From Thermoanaerobaculia bacterium (GTDB taxonomy: Bacteria > Acidobacteriota > Thermoanaerobaculia > Multivoradales > UBA5704): a stretch of DNA of 64,000 bases. Location: contig JBGAGQ010000011.1 in NCBI GenBank assembly GCA_044226625.1, forward strand, positions 32,001-96,000, read 5' to 3'. Below, piece by piece: positions 1 to 8,263 of this stretch; within the stretch, counting starts at the first letter, position 1; every line of letters starts with the position of its first letter. The translations under genes were made by a program, and so were the position numbers. The notes beneath the pieces are model-generated. The model did no database searches. It worked only from the letters and a program-made list of their open reading frames with translations, and was not told the origin of the DNA.

Positions 1-1263
1 GGCGCGCTCTATCGCTCCCACGATGGCGGCATCTCTTGGGAAGGCCCCTTCCCGTTCGAGTTCGATCAGTTGGCGGTCGATCCGGTCGACCCCGACCGGG
101 TCTACGGCGGCAATTCTCGCGGGCTGTTCTTGAGCCGTGACGGGGGCGAGAGCTTCCTCCCGGCGGAAGGACTTCCCGATCTCGACCTCAACACCACCTC
201 GTTCTACGGTGTTCAGGCGCTCGCCACCGTCCCTGGTCGGGCGGGGTGGATCTTCGTCGGGACGAGAAAGGGCTTGTTCGTCTCGAAAGACGGCGGGGAT
301 TCGTGGAGCGCTCCGGTTCGCAAGGGTCTGTACAAAAACCTGGTCGACCTTTTTCTCATCGACCCCTTCCGTCCGAACCACTGGGTGATTCAAATCCTTG
401 GCACCGCGACGCAAACTCTCGATCGGGGCGTCACGTTCACGCCTTTCGCGACCACCCTGCCGGGGCGGCGTGTCACGCTCGCGTTCGATCCCTTCGTCTC
501 CGGACGGATCTGGGCGACCTCGGGCGCCGAGACCGGATACCACCTGTTTCGGAGCGACGACGGTGGCGCGCATTGGTCACGCGTCCCGGGGACGATGCCT
601 GCGGCCGAAACGCTCTCTTTCCCCGCGCCCAGGGTCCTTCTCGCCGGAGGTTTCGGGGGGATCTATCGCAGCGAGAATCTCGGTCGGACCTGGCGGAAGG
701 TGCTGGACGGCGTTCTCGATCCACGCGACGAAAACTCGCTGGTCGCCTGGTTCCGTCGACTGGTCCAGGACCCGCGGCATCCGGAGCGGATCTATGGTCT
801 CGCGACGACCTCGGCGCCTCACGTCTCCGGACCTCCCTTGATCTATCGAAGCGTGGACTTCGGCCGCACGTGGGAGCTTTGGCACACGAACGGCACGCTC
901 GTCGCCTTCGATCCGTTCCGTCCGCGTGCAACGTACGTCGTCGAGGGCCATCGGGTCCTGGTGACCCTGAGCGACGGCGGATCATTCCGCCTGCTCGCGA
1001 CGCTCATGCAGCCGAACGGCCAATCTCTCACCTTGCTCGATCTCGTACCCGATCGCGCGCATCCCGGTGAGCTCTGGGCGGCCACGATCGGCGGTGTGCG
1101 CCGCAGCCTCGATGGAGGCAAGCACTGGCAGGACGTGAGCGAAGGTCTCGCCGAGGGGAGCCGAACGGTCGTACCGCTTCTGCGCCAGGATCCCGGCCGG
1201 TCCACGCAATGGCTCGCCGCGCCGGAAAGCGGCGGCCTCTGGCGGGCGGAATTCGCGCCCTAG
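1..1263 (+). CDS. BNR/Asp-box repeat beta-propeller protein (5'-partial)
   Basis: Frame is open from base 1. Repeated Asp-box motifs SHDGGISW, SRDGGESF, SKDGGDSW, SDDGGAHW, SVDFGRTW, SLDGGKHW. Confidence 0.85.
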   Translation, partial: GALYRSHDGGISWEGPFPFEFDQLAVDPVDPDRVYGGNSRGLFLSRDGGESFLPAEGLPDLDLNTTSFYGVQALATVPGRAGWIFVGTRKGLFVSKDGGDSWSAPVRKGLYKNLVDLFLIDPFRPNHWVIQILGTATQTLDRGVTFTPFATTLPGRRVTLAFDPFVSGRIWATSGAETGYHLFRSDDGGAHWSRVPGTMPAAETLSFPAPRVLLAGGFGGIYRSENLGRTWRKVLDGVLDPRDENSLVAWFRRLVQDPRHPERIYGLATTSAPHVSGPPLIYRSVDFGRTWELWHTNGTLVAFDPFRPRATYVVEGHRVLVTLSDGGSFRLLATLMQPNGQSLTLLDLVPDRAHPGELWAATIGGVRRSLDGGKHWQDVSEGLAEGSRTVVPLLRQDPGRSTQWLAAPESGGLWRAEFAP

Positions 1264-1311
1264 CCGGAGCGGTGGACCGGTTTCGAACGCCTCTTTCCGG
1301 CCACCCGAGCC

Positions 1312-1791
1312 TCAGTCGACCCGGCCGCCCGCCTCGCGAATTTTTCGTTCGAGGAACTCGCGGAGCTCGGGGCCGAGGTCGGCGGGGGGAAGCGGCGTAG
1401 GCGTCTCGCCGAATTGGAGGATCCAGACGTCCGGAAAGCGGCGCAGCCTTCGGATCGCTTTCCACTGGAACGTCCCTTCCCGGTCGTCGGATCGGCATAC
1501 CAGCGAGTCCTCCTCGAACCGCCAGCGGATCGTTCCGGCTTCTCGCACCGCATCGGCGGCCCGGCCGGCGTAGGAGGCCCGGGAGATCCACCAAGCGACC
1601 GCGAAGGCGAACGTCGCCCCGAGCCCGAAGCCGGCGAACACCGGTTCGGCCTTCGCGAAGACCGCAACGGCCGAGATCGCGCCGACGAGCAGTAAACCGA
1701 TCCGCCAGCCGAGCGTGTCGCGCCAGACCGTCCGTCGATAGGCCAGCCGGGCCAGGTCCATCGTGGCCGGGTACGAGATCTCGTAGCTCAT
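1312..1791 (-). CDS. YcxB-like membrane protein
   Basis: Two N-terminal TM segments followed by a short soluble domain (GTFQWKAIRRL...WIL...LP). Confidence 0.6.
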   Translation of the reverse strand: MSYEISYPATMDLARLAYRRTVWRDTLGWRIGLLLVGAISAVAVFAKAEPVFAGFGLGATFAFAVAWWISRASYAGRAADAVREAGTIRWRFEEDSLVCRSDDREGTFQWKAIRRLRRFPDVWILQFGETPTPLPPADLGPELREFLERKIREAGGRVD

Positions 1792-1872
1792 GGGCGTTCC
1801 CGATCTTATGGCCGATCCGAACCTCTCGATCGGCCGGTAGAATCGACGTCACGAGGCTCGGGGAGGAGACGT

Positions 1873-3267
1873 TTGAAGCGCAACCGGGTATTAGCGGGGC
1901 TGCTCATCACGATTCTCGCGAGCGCGGGCGCGGCCGGAGCGAAGGTCTCCGACGCCAAGCTCGCGGCGGATCTTCAAGCGTTGCTCGGCACCGACGTACG
2001 CGCATTCCGCGCGGCGTGCGAACGAGCCGAAAGATCGCGCGACCCGCGCTACGCGGCGCCCCTGGTGGAGATCCTTCGATTTCCGCTCGGGAGCGAGAAG
2101 GGCGCCGTGATCGCGGCGCTTCAGGCGATCGCCGGCCCCGAGGCGGAGATCGGCCGGGGCGAGCCGTGGCACGACGCCTTCGTCTGGCTCGGAGCGCGGA
2201 AAGATCCAAAGCTCCCCCCTGGATTCGCCGACTGGAAGGGGCGCCTGCTCGCCGCACGGGTCGATCCCGCGCTCCGCCGGTTCTTCTCGTTCGACGCGCC
2301 CGGCTCCGCGAGCCGCATCCCGATCGAGAGAATCCAGTGGGGCGGGGTGAAGAAGGACGGCATTCCGGCGCTCGATCGGCCCGAGCTGGTCGCGGCGTCG
2401 GCGGCCGACTACCTCACGCCGGACGATCGCGTATTCGGAGTCGAGATCCGCGGCGAGGCGCGCGCCTATCCGCTCCGCATCCTCGATTGGCACGAAATGG
2501 CGAACGACGTCGTGGGCGATACGCCGGTCTCGCTCGCCTACTGCACGCTGTGCGGCGCGGGGGTGCTCTACTCGACGAAGGTGGGCGATCGCACCTTTAC
2601 GTTCGGCTCCTCGGGTCTGCTCTACGAGAGCAACAAGCTGATGTACGACCGGCAGACCGAGACGCTCTGGAACCAGCTCACCGGCGAGCCGGTGGCCGGT
2701 CCCCTCGCGAGCTCCGGGCTGCACCTGACGCGGCTGCCGGTCGTCGTCACCACCTGGGCGAAATGGAAAAAGGACCATCCGACGACGCGCGTGCTCTCGC
2801 CCCGCACCGGCTTTTCCCGCGACTACACGCCGGGCAAACCGTACGGCCCGTATTTCGCGAGCCCCGACCTCATGTTCCCCGCGCTCGGCGCGAGCCCGCG
2901 CATGCCGGGCAAGACGAAGGTGTTCGCCCTCCTGCTCGGCGACGCGCCGAAGGCCTTCCCGCTCGAAAAGTTGCCGAAACCGGGCGTGATCTCGGACCGG
3001 GTAGGGGAAACCCCGGTCGTCTTGGTGATCGACGAGACAGGCGCCGTGCGGGCTTACGAGCGCGGGGATCGCACATTCGGGCCGGCGCTCCGACCGCTGC
3101 TCGGCTCGGTCTTCCTGGCCGATCAGGAGGGGCACGCCTGGAAGGTGGAGGAGGACCAGCTCACAGGGCCTGGCGCCCGCCGGCTCGCCCGGCTGCCGGG
3201 GCACGAGGCGTACTGGTTCGGCTGGTCGGCGTTCTACCCCAAGACCGATCTCTGGAGCCCGCCGTAA
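1873..3267 (+). CDS. DUF3179 domain-containing exported protein
   Basis: Signal peptide; GGVKKDGIPALD, ARAYPLRILDWHE, YCTLCG, SGLLYESNKLMYDRQT, YWFGWSAFYP; GGAGGAG RBS before TTG. Confidence 0.85.
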   Translation: MKRNRVLAGLLITILASAGAAGAKVSDAKLAADLQALLGTDVRAFRAACERAERSRDPRYAAPLVEILRFPLGSEKGAVIAALQAIAGPEAEIGRGEPWHDAFVWLGARKDPKLPPGFADWKGRLLAARVDPALRRFFSFDAPGSASRIPIERIQWGGVKKDGIPALDRPELVAASAADYLTPDDRVFGVEIRGEARAYPLRILDWHEMANDVVGDTPVSLAYCTLCGAGVLYSTKVGDRTFTFGSSGLLYESNKLMYDRQTETLWNQLTGEPVAGPLASSGLHLTRLPVVVTTWAKWKKDHPTTRVLSPRTGFSRDYTPGKPYGPYFASPDLMFPALGASPRMPGKTKVFALLLGDAPKAFPLEKLPKPGVISDRVGETPVVLVIDETGAVRAYERGDRTFGPALRPLLGSVFLADQEGHAWKVEEDQLTGPGARRLARLPGHEAYWFGWSAFYPKTDLWSPP

Positions 3268-3309
3268 GCGAGGACTCTCTCGATCCCGGGCCGATGAAGC
3301 GAAGTAAAA

Positions 3310-3341
3310 CGAGAAAGGCGCCCGCGCGGGCGCCTTTCTCG
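3310..3341. terminator. Bidirectional intrinsic terminator
   Basis: Perfect palindrome CGAGAAAGGCGCCCGCGCGGGCGCCTTTCTCG between convergent genes. Confidence 0.75.
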
Positions 3342-3369
3342 ACTTCGATCGGAAGGGAGCGGGAGGCGC

Positions 3370-3975
3370 TTACTTCTTCGCCTCGGCCGGCTTGGCCTTG
3401 CCGACCTCCAGGTTGATCGCCACCTCGACGTCCTCGCCCAGCAGGGTGCCGCCGCTGTCGAGCGTCTTGTTCCAGACGATCCCGTAGTCCTTCCGGTTCA
3501 GCACGGTCTCGGTCGAGAAGCCCGCCTTGGTGTTGCCCCAGGGATCCTTCACCTCGCCGAGGAACTCGACCGGCAGGGTGATCGTCTTGGTCACGCCGTG
3601 CATCGTGAAGGCGCCGGTCACCTGGTAGCGGTTCTTCGCCACCTCCTTGACCGAGGTGCTCTTGAAGGTGATGTCCGGGAACTTCGCGACGTCGAAGAAG
3701 TCCGGCGAGCGAAGATGATTGTCCCGATCCCCGTTGGCGGTGTCGATGCTGGTCGCCTTGATCGTGAACTCGACCGAGGAAGCCGCGGGGTTGGCCGCGT
3801 CAAACTGAATCGTGCCGGAGAAATCGTTGAAACGCCCCGGGACTTTGCCCAGGAGGTGCTTGATCTTGAAGCTCACCTCCGAGTGTCCCTTGTCCACGTT
3901 GTAGGCGTCGGCCGCGAGCGCCGGCAGGCCGGCGGCGAGCAGGGAGAGGGCGGTTGCCGCGAGTAGTTTCTTCAT
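3370..3975 (-). CDS. YceI family polyisoprenoid-binding protein
   Basis: Signal peptide MKKLLAA; YNVDKGHSEVSFKIKH, SIDTANGDRDNHLRSPDFFD, DPWGNTKAGF. Confidence 0.92.
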   Translation of the reverse strand: MKKLLAATALSLLAAGLPALAADAYNVDKGHSEVSFKIKHLLGKVPGRFNDFSGTIQFDAANPAASSVEFTIKATSIDTANGDRDNHLRSPDFFDVAKFPDITFKSTSVKEVAKNRYQVTGAFTMHGVTKTITLPVEFLGEVKDPWGNTKAGFSTETVLNRKDYGIVWNKTLDSGGTLLGEDVEVAINLEVGKAKPAEAKK

Positions 3976-4028
3976 CGTCTTCGTCTCCTTCGTTGGTCGG
4001 TTGAGGGTGGTCTTTCCGGTCCTTCGAA

Positions 4029-4502
4029 TCACCGGCTGCCGGCGCGGATCGCGTCGAGCAGCCGAATCAGCTGGCTTTTTTCTTCGTCCGAGAGCATCGA
4101 AAGCGCCCGGTCGTCCGCGTCGCCCATCGGACCGTCGAGCGATGCGAGAAGCGCGAGACCTTCCGGAGTGATCCAGCAGAGCACCTGCCGGCGATCGTGC
4201 GGGCAGCGCTCGCGGCGCACCCAGCCCTTGGCTTCCAGGCGATCGATCAGGCGCGTGATGCCGGGCGACTCCTCGATCATCCGCGAGCCGATCTCCAGGG
4301 TGGGCAGACCGACGTCGCCCGCGCCGCGCAAGATGCGGAGGACGTTGTACTGCTGCAACGTGATCTCCTGGCCTTCGAGCGCGCGGCCGAAGGAGCGGCG
4401 GACCAGATCGGTGGTGCGCATCAATCCGAGCATGGCTTCCTGCGACAGGGAGCGGAACGGCCGGTTTTGGCGGATTTCCCGCTGGAGCACGCTCTCGTTC
4501 AC
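4029..4502 (-). CDS. MarR family transcriptional regulator
   Basis: ITLQQYNVLRILRG, ITRLIDRLEAKGWVRRERCPHDRR; start (GTG) is approximate. Confidence 0.88.
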   Translation of the reverse strand: MNESVLQREIRQNRPFRSLSQEAMLGLMRTTDLVRRSFGRALEGQEITLQQYNVLRILRGAGDVGLPTLEIGSRMIEESPGITRLIDRLEAKGWVRRERCPHDRRQVLCWITPEGLALLASLDGPMGDADDRALSMLSDEEKSQLIRLLDAIRAGSR

Positions 4503-4604
4503 GGGAGGATCATTGCAGATCAATGGTTGACGTGTCAAGTATCGATTTCGCGCAAGCGTTGCCCTGCCGGGCAGGTACAACCCGTTTTAGCGATTACCTA
4601 CGGT

Positions 4605-5531
4605 TCAGCCGTAGCTTTCCCGATGAATCCGCGGCTCCGGGACGCCCAGGTTCGAGAGGGCGGAGAGGACGGTTTCGATGAAGCGGGGCGCCGGCTCTTC
4701 GCCCCGTTCGGCCGCCGCTTGCCGCTCGAAGCTTCCGATCGCCGGGCCACACGCAAAGATCTCGACTGCCGTGGGATCCGGGACGAATTCGCGGATCAGC
4801 GCCTCGTCCACTCGGCCGGCTCGGACGTTCGGGCCGAAGGTCTCCGGCGCGGGCTCGCGCGAGAGGGCGTGCACCACCTCGAGCCGATCGGGATGGCGGA
4901 GGGCGAGCTCCTCCAGGGCGTTCCGGAAGATGACGTCGCTCCAGGTCCGGTTGCCGTAAATCAGCGTGTGCCGAAGCTTCTTCTCCGTCGCCAGGCAGTG
5001 CTTGAGGATGCTGAAATTGGGCACGATCCCCGAGCCGGCGCACAGGTGCACCAGATGGTCGGCCCGGCTTTCGACGTCATCCGCAAGGACGTACGGTCCG
5101 CCGAATCCCGTGACCTTCATCCGCGTGCCCGGCAGGGTGTGATCGACGAGCAGCGGTGACAGGAGCGGGGGATAGCGAGTCACCCCCGAGACGTAGCGCT
5201 CCTGCTTGACGGTGATCGCGAGCGAGCCCTCGTGCGGGGCCGAGGAGAGCGAGTAAGCGCGGGCCGGCTCGCGCCTCCCCTTCACGTCCTCGAAATAGGC
5301 GCAGATTCCCTCGAGCGTCGGGAACTGCTGCGGCCGAATGGTGAGGAAGTGCCCGGGCAGATAGTCGAGCCGGTCGTTGCCGGTGAACAGCATGAGCGTC
5401 GCGGCGTCCGCCGTCTCCCGGACCACCTCGGCGACGATCACCTCCATCTCCTTGAGGCGCGGGCGGTGGGCGGTTCCCGCGCCGTGCGCCCCATGGAGAT
5501 GGTCGCAGGGTTCTGCCGCTGGCTCGGACAC
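4605..5531 (-). CDS. FNR-like FAD/NAD(P)-binding oxidoreductase (no 2Fe-2S domain)
   Basis: RAYSLSS FAD motif, AGSGIVP NAD motif, FACGP, C-terminal HRESY. Confidence 0.85.
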   Translation of the reverse strand: MSEPAAEPCDHLHGAHGAGTAHRPRLKEMEVIVAEVVRETADAATLMLFTGNDRLDYLPGHFLTIRPQQFPTLEGICAYFEDVKGRREPARAYSLSSAPHEGSLAITVKQERYVSGVTRYPPLLSPLLVDHTLPGTRMKVTGFGGPYVLADDVESRADHLVHLCAGSGIVPNFSILKHCLATEKKLRHTLIYGNRTWSDVIFRNALEELALRHPDRLEVVHALSREPAPETFGPNVRAGRVDEALIREFVPDPTAVEIFACGPAIGSFERQAAAERGEEPAPRFIETVLSALSNLGVPEPRIHRESYG

Positions 5532-5553
5532 GGTCGCGCTCGGCGGGCTTCCG

Positions 5554-6624
5554 CTACACGTTGAACCGGATGTTCGTCACGTCGCCGTCCTTCATCTCAT
5601 ATTCTTTCCCCTCGAGCCGGAGGAGGCCCGCGTCGCGGCAGGCGGCGGTCGTCTTCAAGCGAAGGAGATCTTCCCAGCCGACCACCTCGGCGCGGATGAA
5701 GCCCCGTTCGAGATCGGAGTGGATGGTGCCCGCAGCCTCGCGGGCCTTCGTGCCGCGCTTGATGGTCCAGGCGCGCACCTCGTCCTCGCCAACCGTGAAG
5801 AAGGCGATCAGTCCGAGCAGATCGAAGCTCGCCCGGGTGACGCGAGCGAGACTCGGCTCGGTGAGCCCGAGGGAGGAAAGGAAGTCGCCCTGCTCGGCGG
5901 CCGGAAGGCGGGAGATCTCTTCCTCGATCGGGGCCGAGACGACCACCGCGCGGACCGCCGGGCGGAGGCGGATGCCGAGCGTCTGCGGATCGGCGGTCGC
6001 GACCTGCGCCTCGTCGACGTTGATGACCAGGAGCATCGGCTTCGCCGACAGGAGCTGAAAACCGCGCAGCCTGCGGTCGTCGTCCGCGTCGAGCTCGACC
6101 TCGCGCAGCGGGATCTCTTTTTCGAGCGCCGGCAGGATGATCTCCGAGAGCAGGTGCTTCTCCCGCACCTCCTCCGGGTTCAAGCCGCGCTTGCTCGCCT
6201 TGTCGAGGCGGTCGAGGCGCTTCTCTACCAGGGTGTGGTCGGCGAGGATCAGCTCGAGGTCGACCGTCTCGACGTCGCGCGCCGGGTCGACGGCCCCCTC
6301 CGGATGGAGGATCTCGGCGTCGGAAAACGCCCGAACGACGTGAACCAGCGCGTCGACGTTCTTGAGCTTCGCGAGGTCCAGGCTCTCGGCCGATTCCCCT
6401 TTGCGGATGCCCGGGATATCGACGTATTGGACGGTCGCCGGAACGTATCGCTTCGGCTTGAATAGATCGCGCAACTGCTCGAGACGCCGGTCGGCGACCT
6501 GGGCGATGCCGATGTTGGTTTCCGCCGAGGCGCTGAACTTGTCGGTCGCCTGATTCGACGCGGTCAGGGTATTGAAAAGGGTGGTCTTACCGGCTTTGGG
6601 GAAGCCGAGGATTCCGAGTTGCAT
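5554..6624 (-). CDS. ychF: Redox-regulated ATPase YchF
   Basis: GKTTLFN, DIPG, FFTVGEDEVRAWT, IHSDLERGFIRAEV, EGKEYEMKDGD. Confidence 0.93.
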   Translation of the reverse strand: MQLGILGFPKAGKTTLFNTLTASNQATDKFSASAETNIGIAQVADRRLEQLRDLFKPKRYVPATVQYVDIPGIRKGESAESLDLAKLKNVDALVHVVRAFSDAEILHPEGAVDPARDVETVDLELILADHTLVEKRLDRLDKASKRGLNPEEVREKHLLSEIILPALEKEIPLREVELDADDDRRLRGFQLLSAKPMLLVINVDEAQVATADPQTLGIRLRPAVRAVVVSAPIEEEISRLPAAEQGDFLSSLGLTEPSLARVTRASFDLLGLIAFFTVGEDEVRAWTIKRGTKAREAAGTIHSDLERGFIRAEVVGWEDLLRLKTTAACRDAGLLRLEGKEYEMKDGDVTNIRFNV

Positions 6625-6740
6625 GGGGGCTCTCCGGGGATCGGGTCAAGAGAAAGCGTACGAGCGGAGAATACCGCAGGGCGAACGGGACCTTCGGCGG
6701 GCGCCGCTGCCGGCCCGCCGGAAGATCCCAGAGACCCGAC

Positions 6741-7748
6741 CTAGAACGTGAGGCAGATCTTTCCGAAGTGGTCGCCGGCCGCCATGGATTCGAGCGCGGC
6801 GGCCAGATCGGTCCACGGATAGCTCCGATCGACCACCGGCCGCAGCCGATGAAGCTCGATCGCCCGGTTCATCCGCTCGAAGCTCTCGCGCGAGCCGACC
6901 AGCACCCCTTGGACGCGCACCGCCTGCATGAAGATCGAGGTGAGCTGAAGCGCGGCGGCGTTCCCGTCGAGGATCCCGATCAGCGCGACGGTGCCCCCGA
7001 TCCGCACCGCCCGAAGCGACTGCTCGAGCGTCCCGGCGCCGCCGATCTCCACCACGAGATCGACCCCCCGGTCGCCCGCGGCGGTCCGCACCGCAGCACC
7101 CCACGCGGGCTCTTTGCGCGAATCGATCACCGCCTCGGCGCCAAGGGCGAGCAGACGCTCGGCGCGTTCCGCCCGGCGGGTGGTCGCGAGCACCCGGGCG
7201 CCGCGCAGCCTCGCGAGCTGCAGCGCGAAGATCGCGACGCCGCCGGTCCCCTGGATGAGGACCGTATCGCCCGCTCCGATCGCGCCCGCGTCTAGCGCCG
7301 ACCAGGCCGTGAGAGCCGCGCAAGGGAGCGTGGCGGCCTCCTCGTCCGAAAGATGGTCGGGAACGCGAACGAGCCCCTCTTCCGACATCGCGATCCGCTC
7401 CTGGAGCACGCCGTCGAGCGGCCCCCCCAGGGTGGCGCGGACCAGCTCGCGTGCGGGCTCCCCCGCAATCCACCGCGGATTGAGGGTTGTCGCGACCCGA
7501 TCTCCGACGGCGAAGCGCCGGACCCCTGCCCCGACCGCCTCGACCACCCCCGCGCCGTCCGAGCAGGGGACGAGCGGCAGGCGCTGCTTCGGGTTGTAGG
7601 AGCCCTGGATCATCATCAGGTCGCGGTAGTTGAGCGAGGCCGCACGGAGGCCGACGACGACCTCCCCCGGGCCGGCGACCGGCTCGGGGCGCTCGACGAG
7701 CGTGAGGTTCTCGCGGCCGAACGCACCACGGACTTCGATCGCGCGCAT
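6741..7748 (-). CDS. MDR-family NAD(P)-dependent alcohol dehydrogenase / quinone oxidoreductase
   Basis: MRAIEV start; SLNYRD, PCSDGAG, TLPCAALTAW, QGTGGV, HFGKI. Confidence 0.9.
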   Translation of the reverse strand: MRAIEVRGAFGRENLTLVERPEPVAGPGEVVVGLRAASLNYRDLMMIQGSYNPKQRLPLVPCSDGAGVVEAVGAGVRRFAVGDRVATTLNPRWIAGEPARELVRATLGGPLDGVLQERIAMSEEGLVRVPDHLSDEEAATLPCAALTAWSALDAGAIGAGDTVLIQGTGGVAIFALQLARLRGARVLATTRRAERAERLLALGAEAVIDSRKEPAWGAAVRTAAGDRGVDLVVEIGGAGTLEQSLRAVRIGGTVALIGILDGNAAALQLTSIFMQAVRVQGVLVGSRESFERMNRAIELHRLRPVVDRSYPWTDLAAALESMAAGDHFGKICLTF

Positions 7749-8206
7749 CAGCCCTCGTGCGCTCCGCCCAACGTGCCGGCATCGCTCGCGAGCGCCTGCC
7801 GCATCCGCTCGGCGAGGTCGCGTCCCGAAGATTCGCCGAGCTTGCCGGCGGTCCAGCCGAGGCCAAGCCCTTGCGAACCGAACTTCGGGATGACGTGGAA
7901 GTGGACGTGCATCACCACCTGATGCGCCTCCCAGCCGTTGTTCTGCAGGATGTTGTAGGCGGTCGCGCCGGTCGCCCGCATCACCGCGCGGCAGATCCGC
8001 GGCATCGCCCGGCCGAGCGCGGCGGCCGACTCGTCCGACAGCTGGTGCAGGTGGGCTTTCCGCTCTTTCGGGATGATCAGCGTGTGCCCCTCGGACAACG
8101 GGCCGATGTCGAGAAACGCGAAGACCTGATCGTCCTCGTACACCTTGTAGCTCGGGATCTCGCCCGACAGGATCTTGTCGAAAATCGTCGATTGGTGGTC
8201 GCTCAT
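7748..8206 (-). CDS. HIT family nucleotide hydrolase
   Basis: IFDKILSGEIPSYKVYED, AFLDIGP, HVHFHVIP histidine triad. Confidence 0.92.
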   Translation of the reverse strand: MSDHQSTIFDKILSGEIPSYKVYEDDQVFAFLDIGPLSEGHTLIIPKERKAHLHQLSDESAAALGRAMPRICRAVMRATGATAYNILQNNGWEAHQVVMHVHFHVIPKFGSQGLGLGWTAGKLGESSGRDLAERMRQALASDAGTLGGAHEG

Positions 8207-8263
8207 AGCCGGAGATTTTAACCGCTCGGTCGGCGAAGCGAGGCCGGCCGGCTCCTTCGAGAG

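Noticed and set aside
1873-3267. Selenoprotein form of DUF3179
   Set aside because: The motif is YCTLC with ordinary Cys codons and there is no in-frame TGA.
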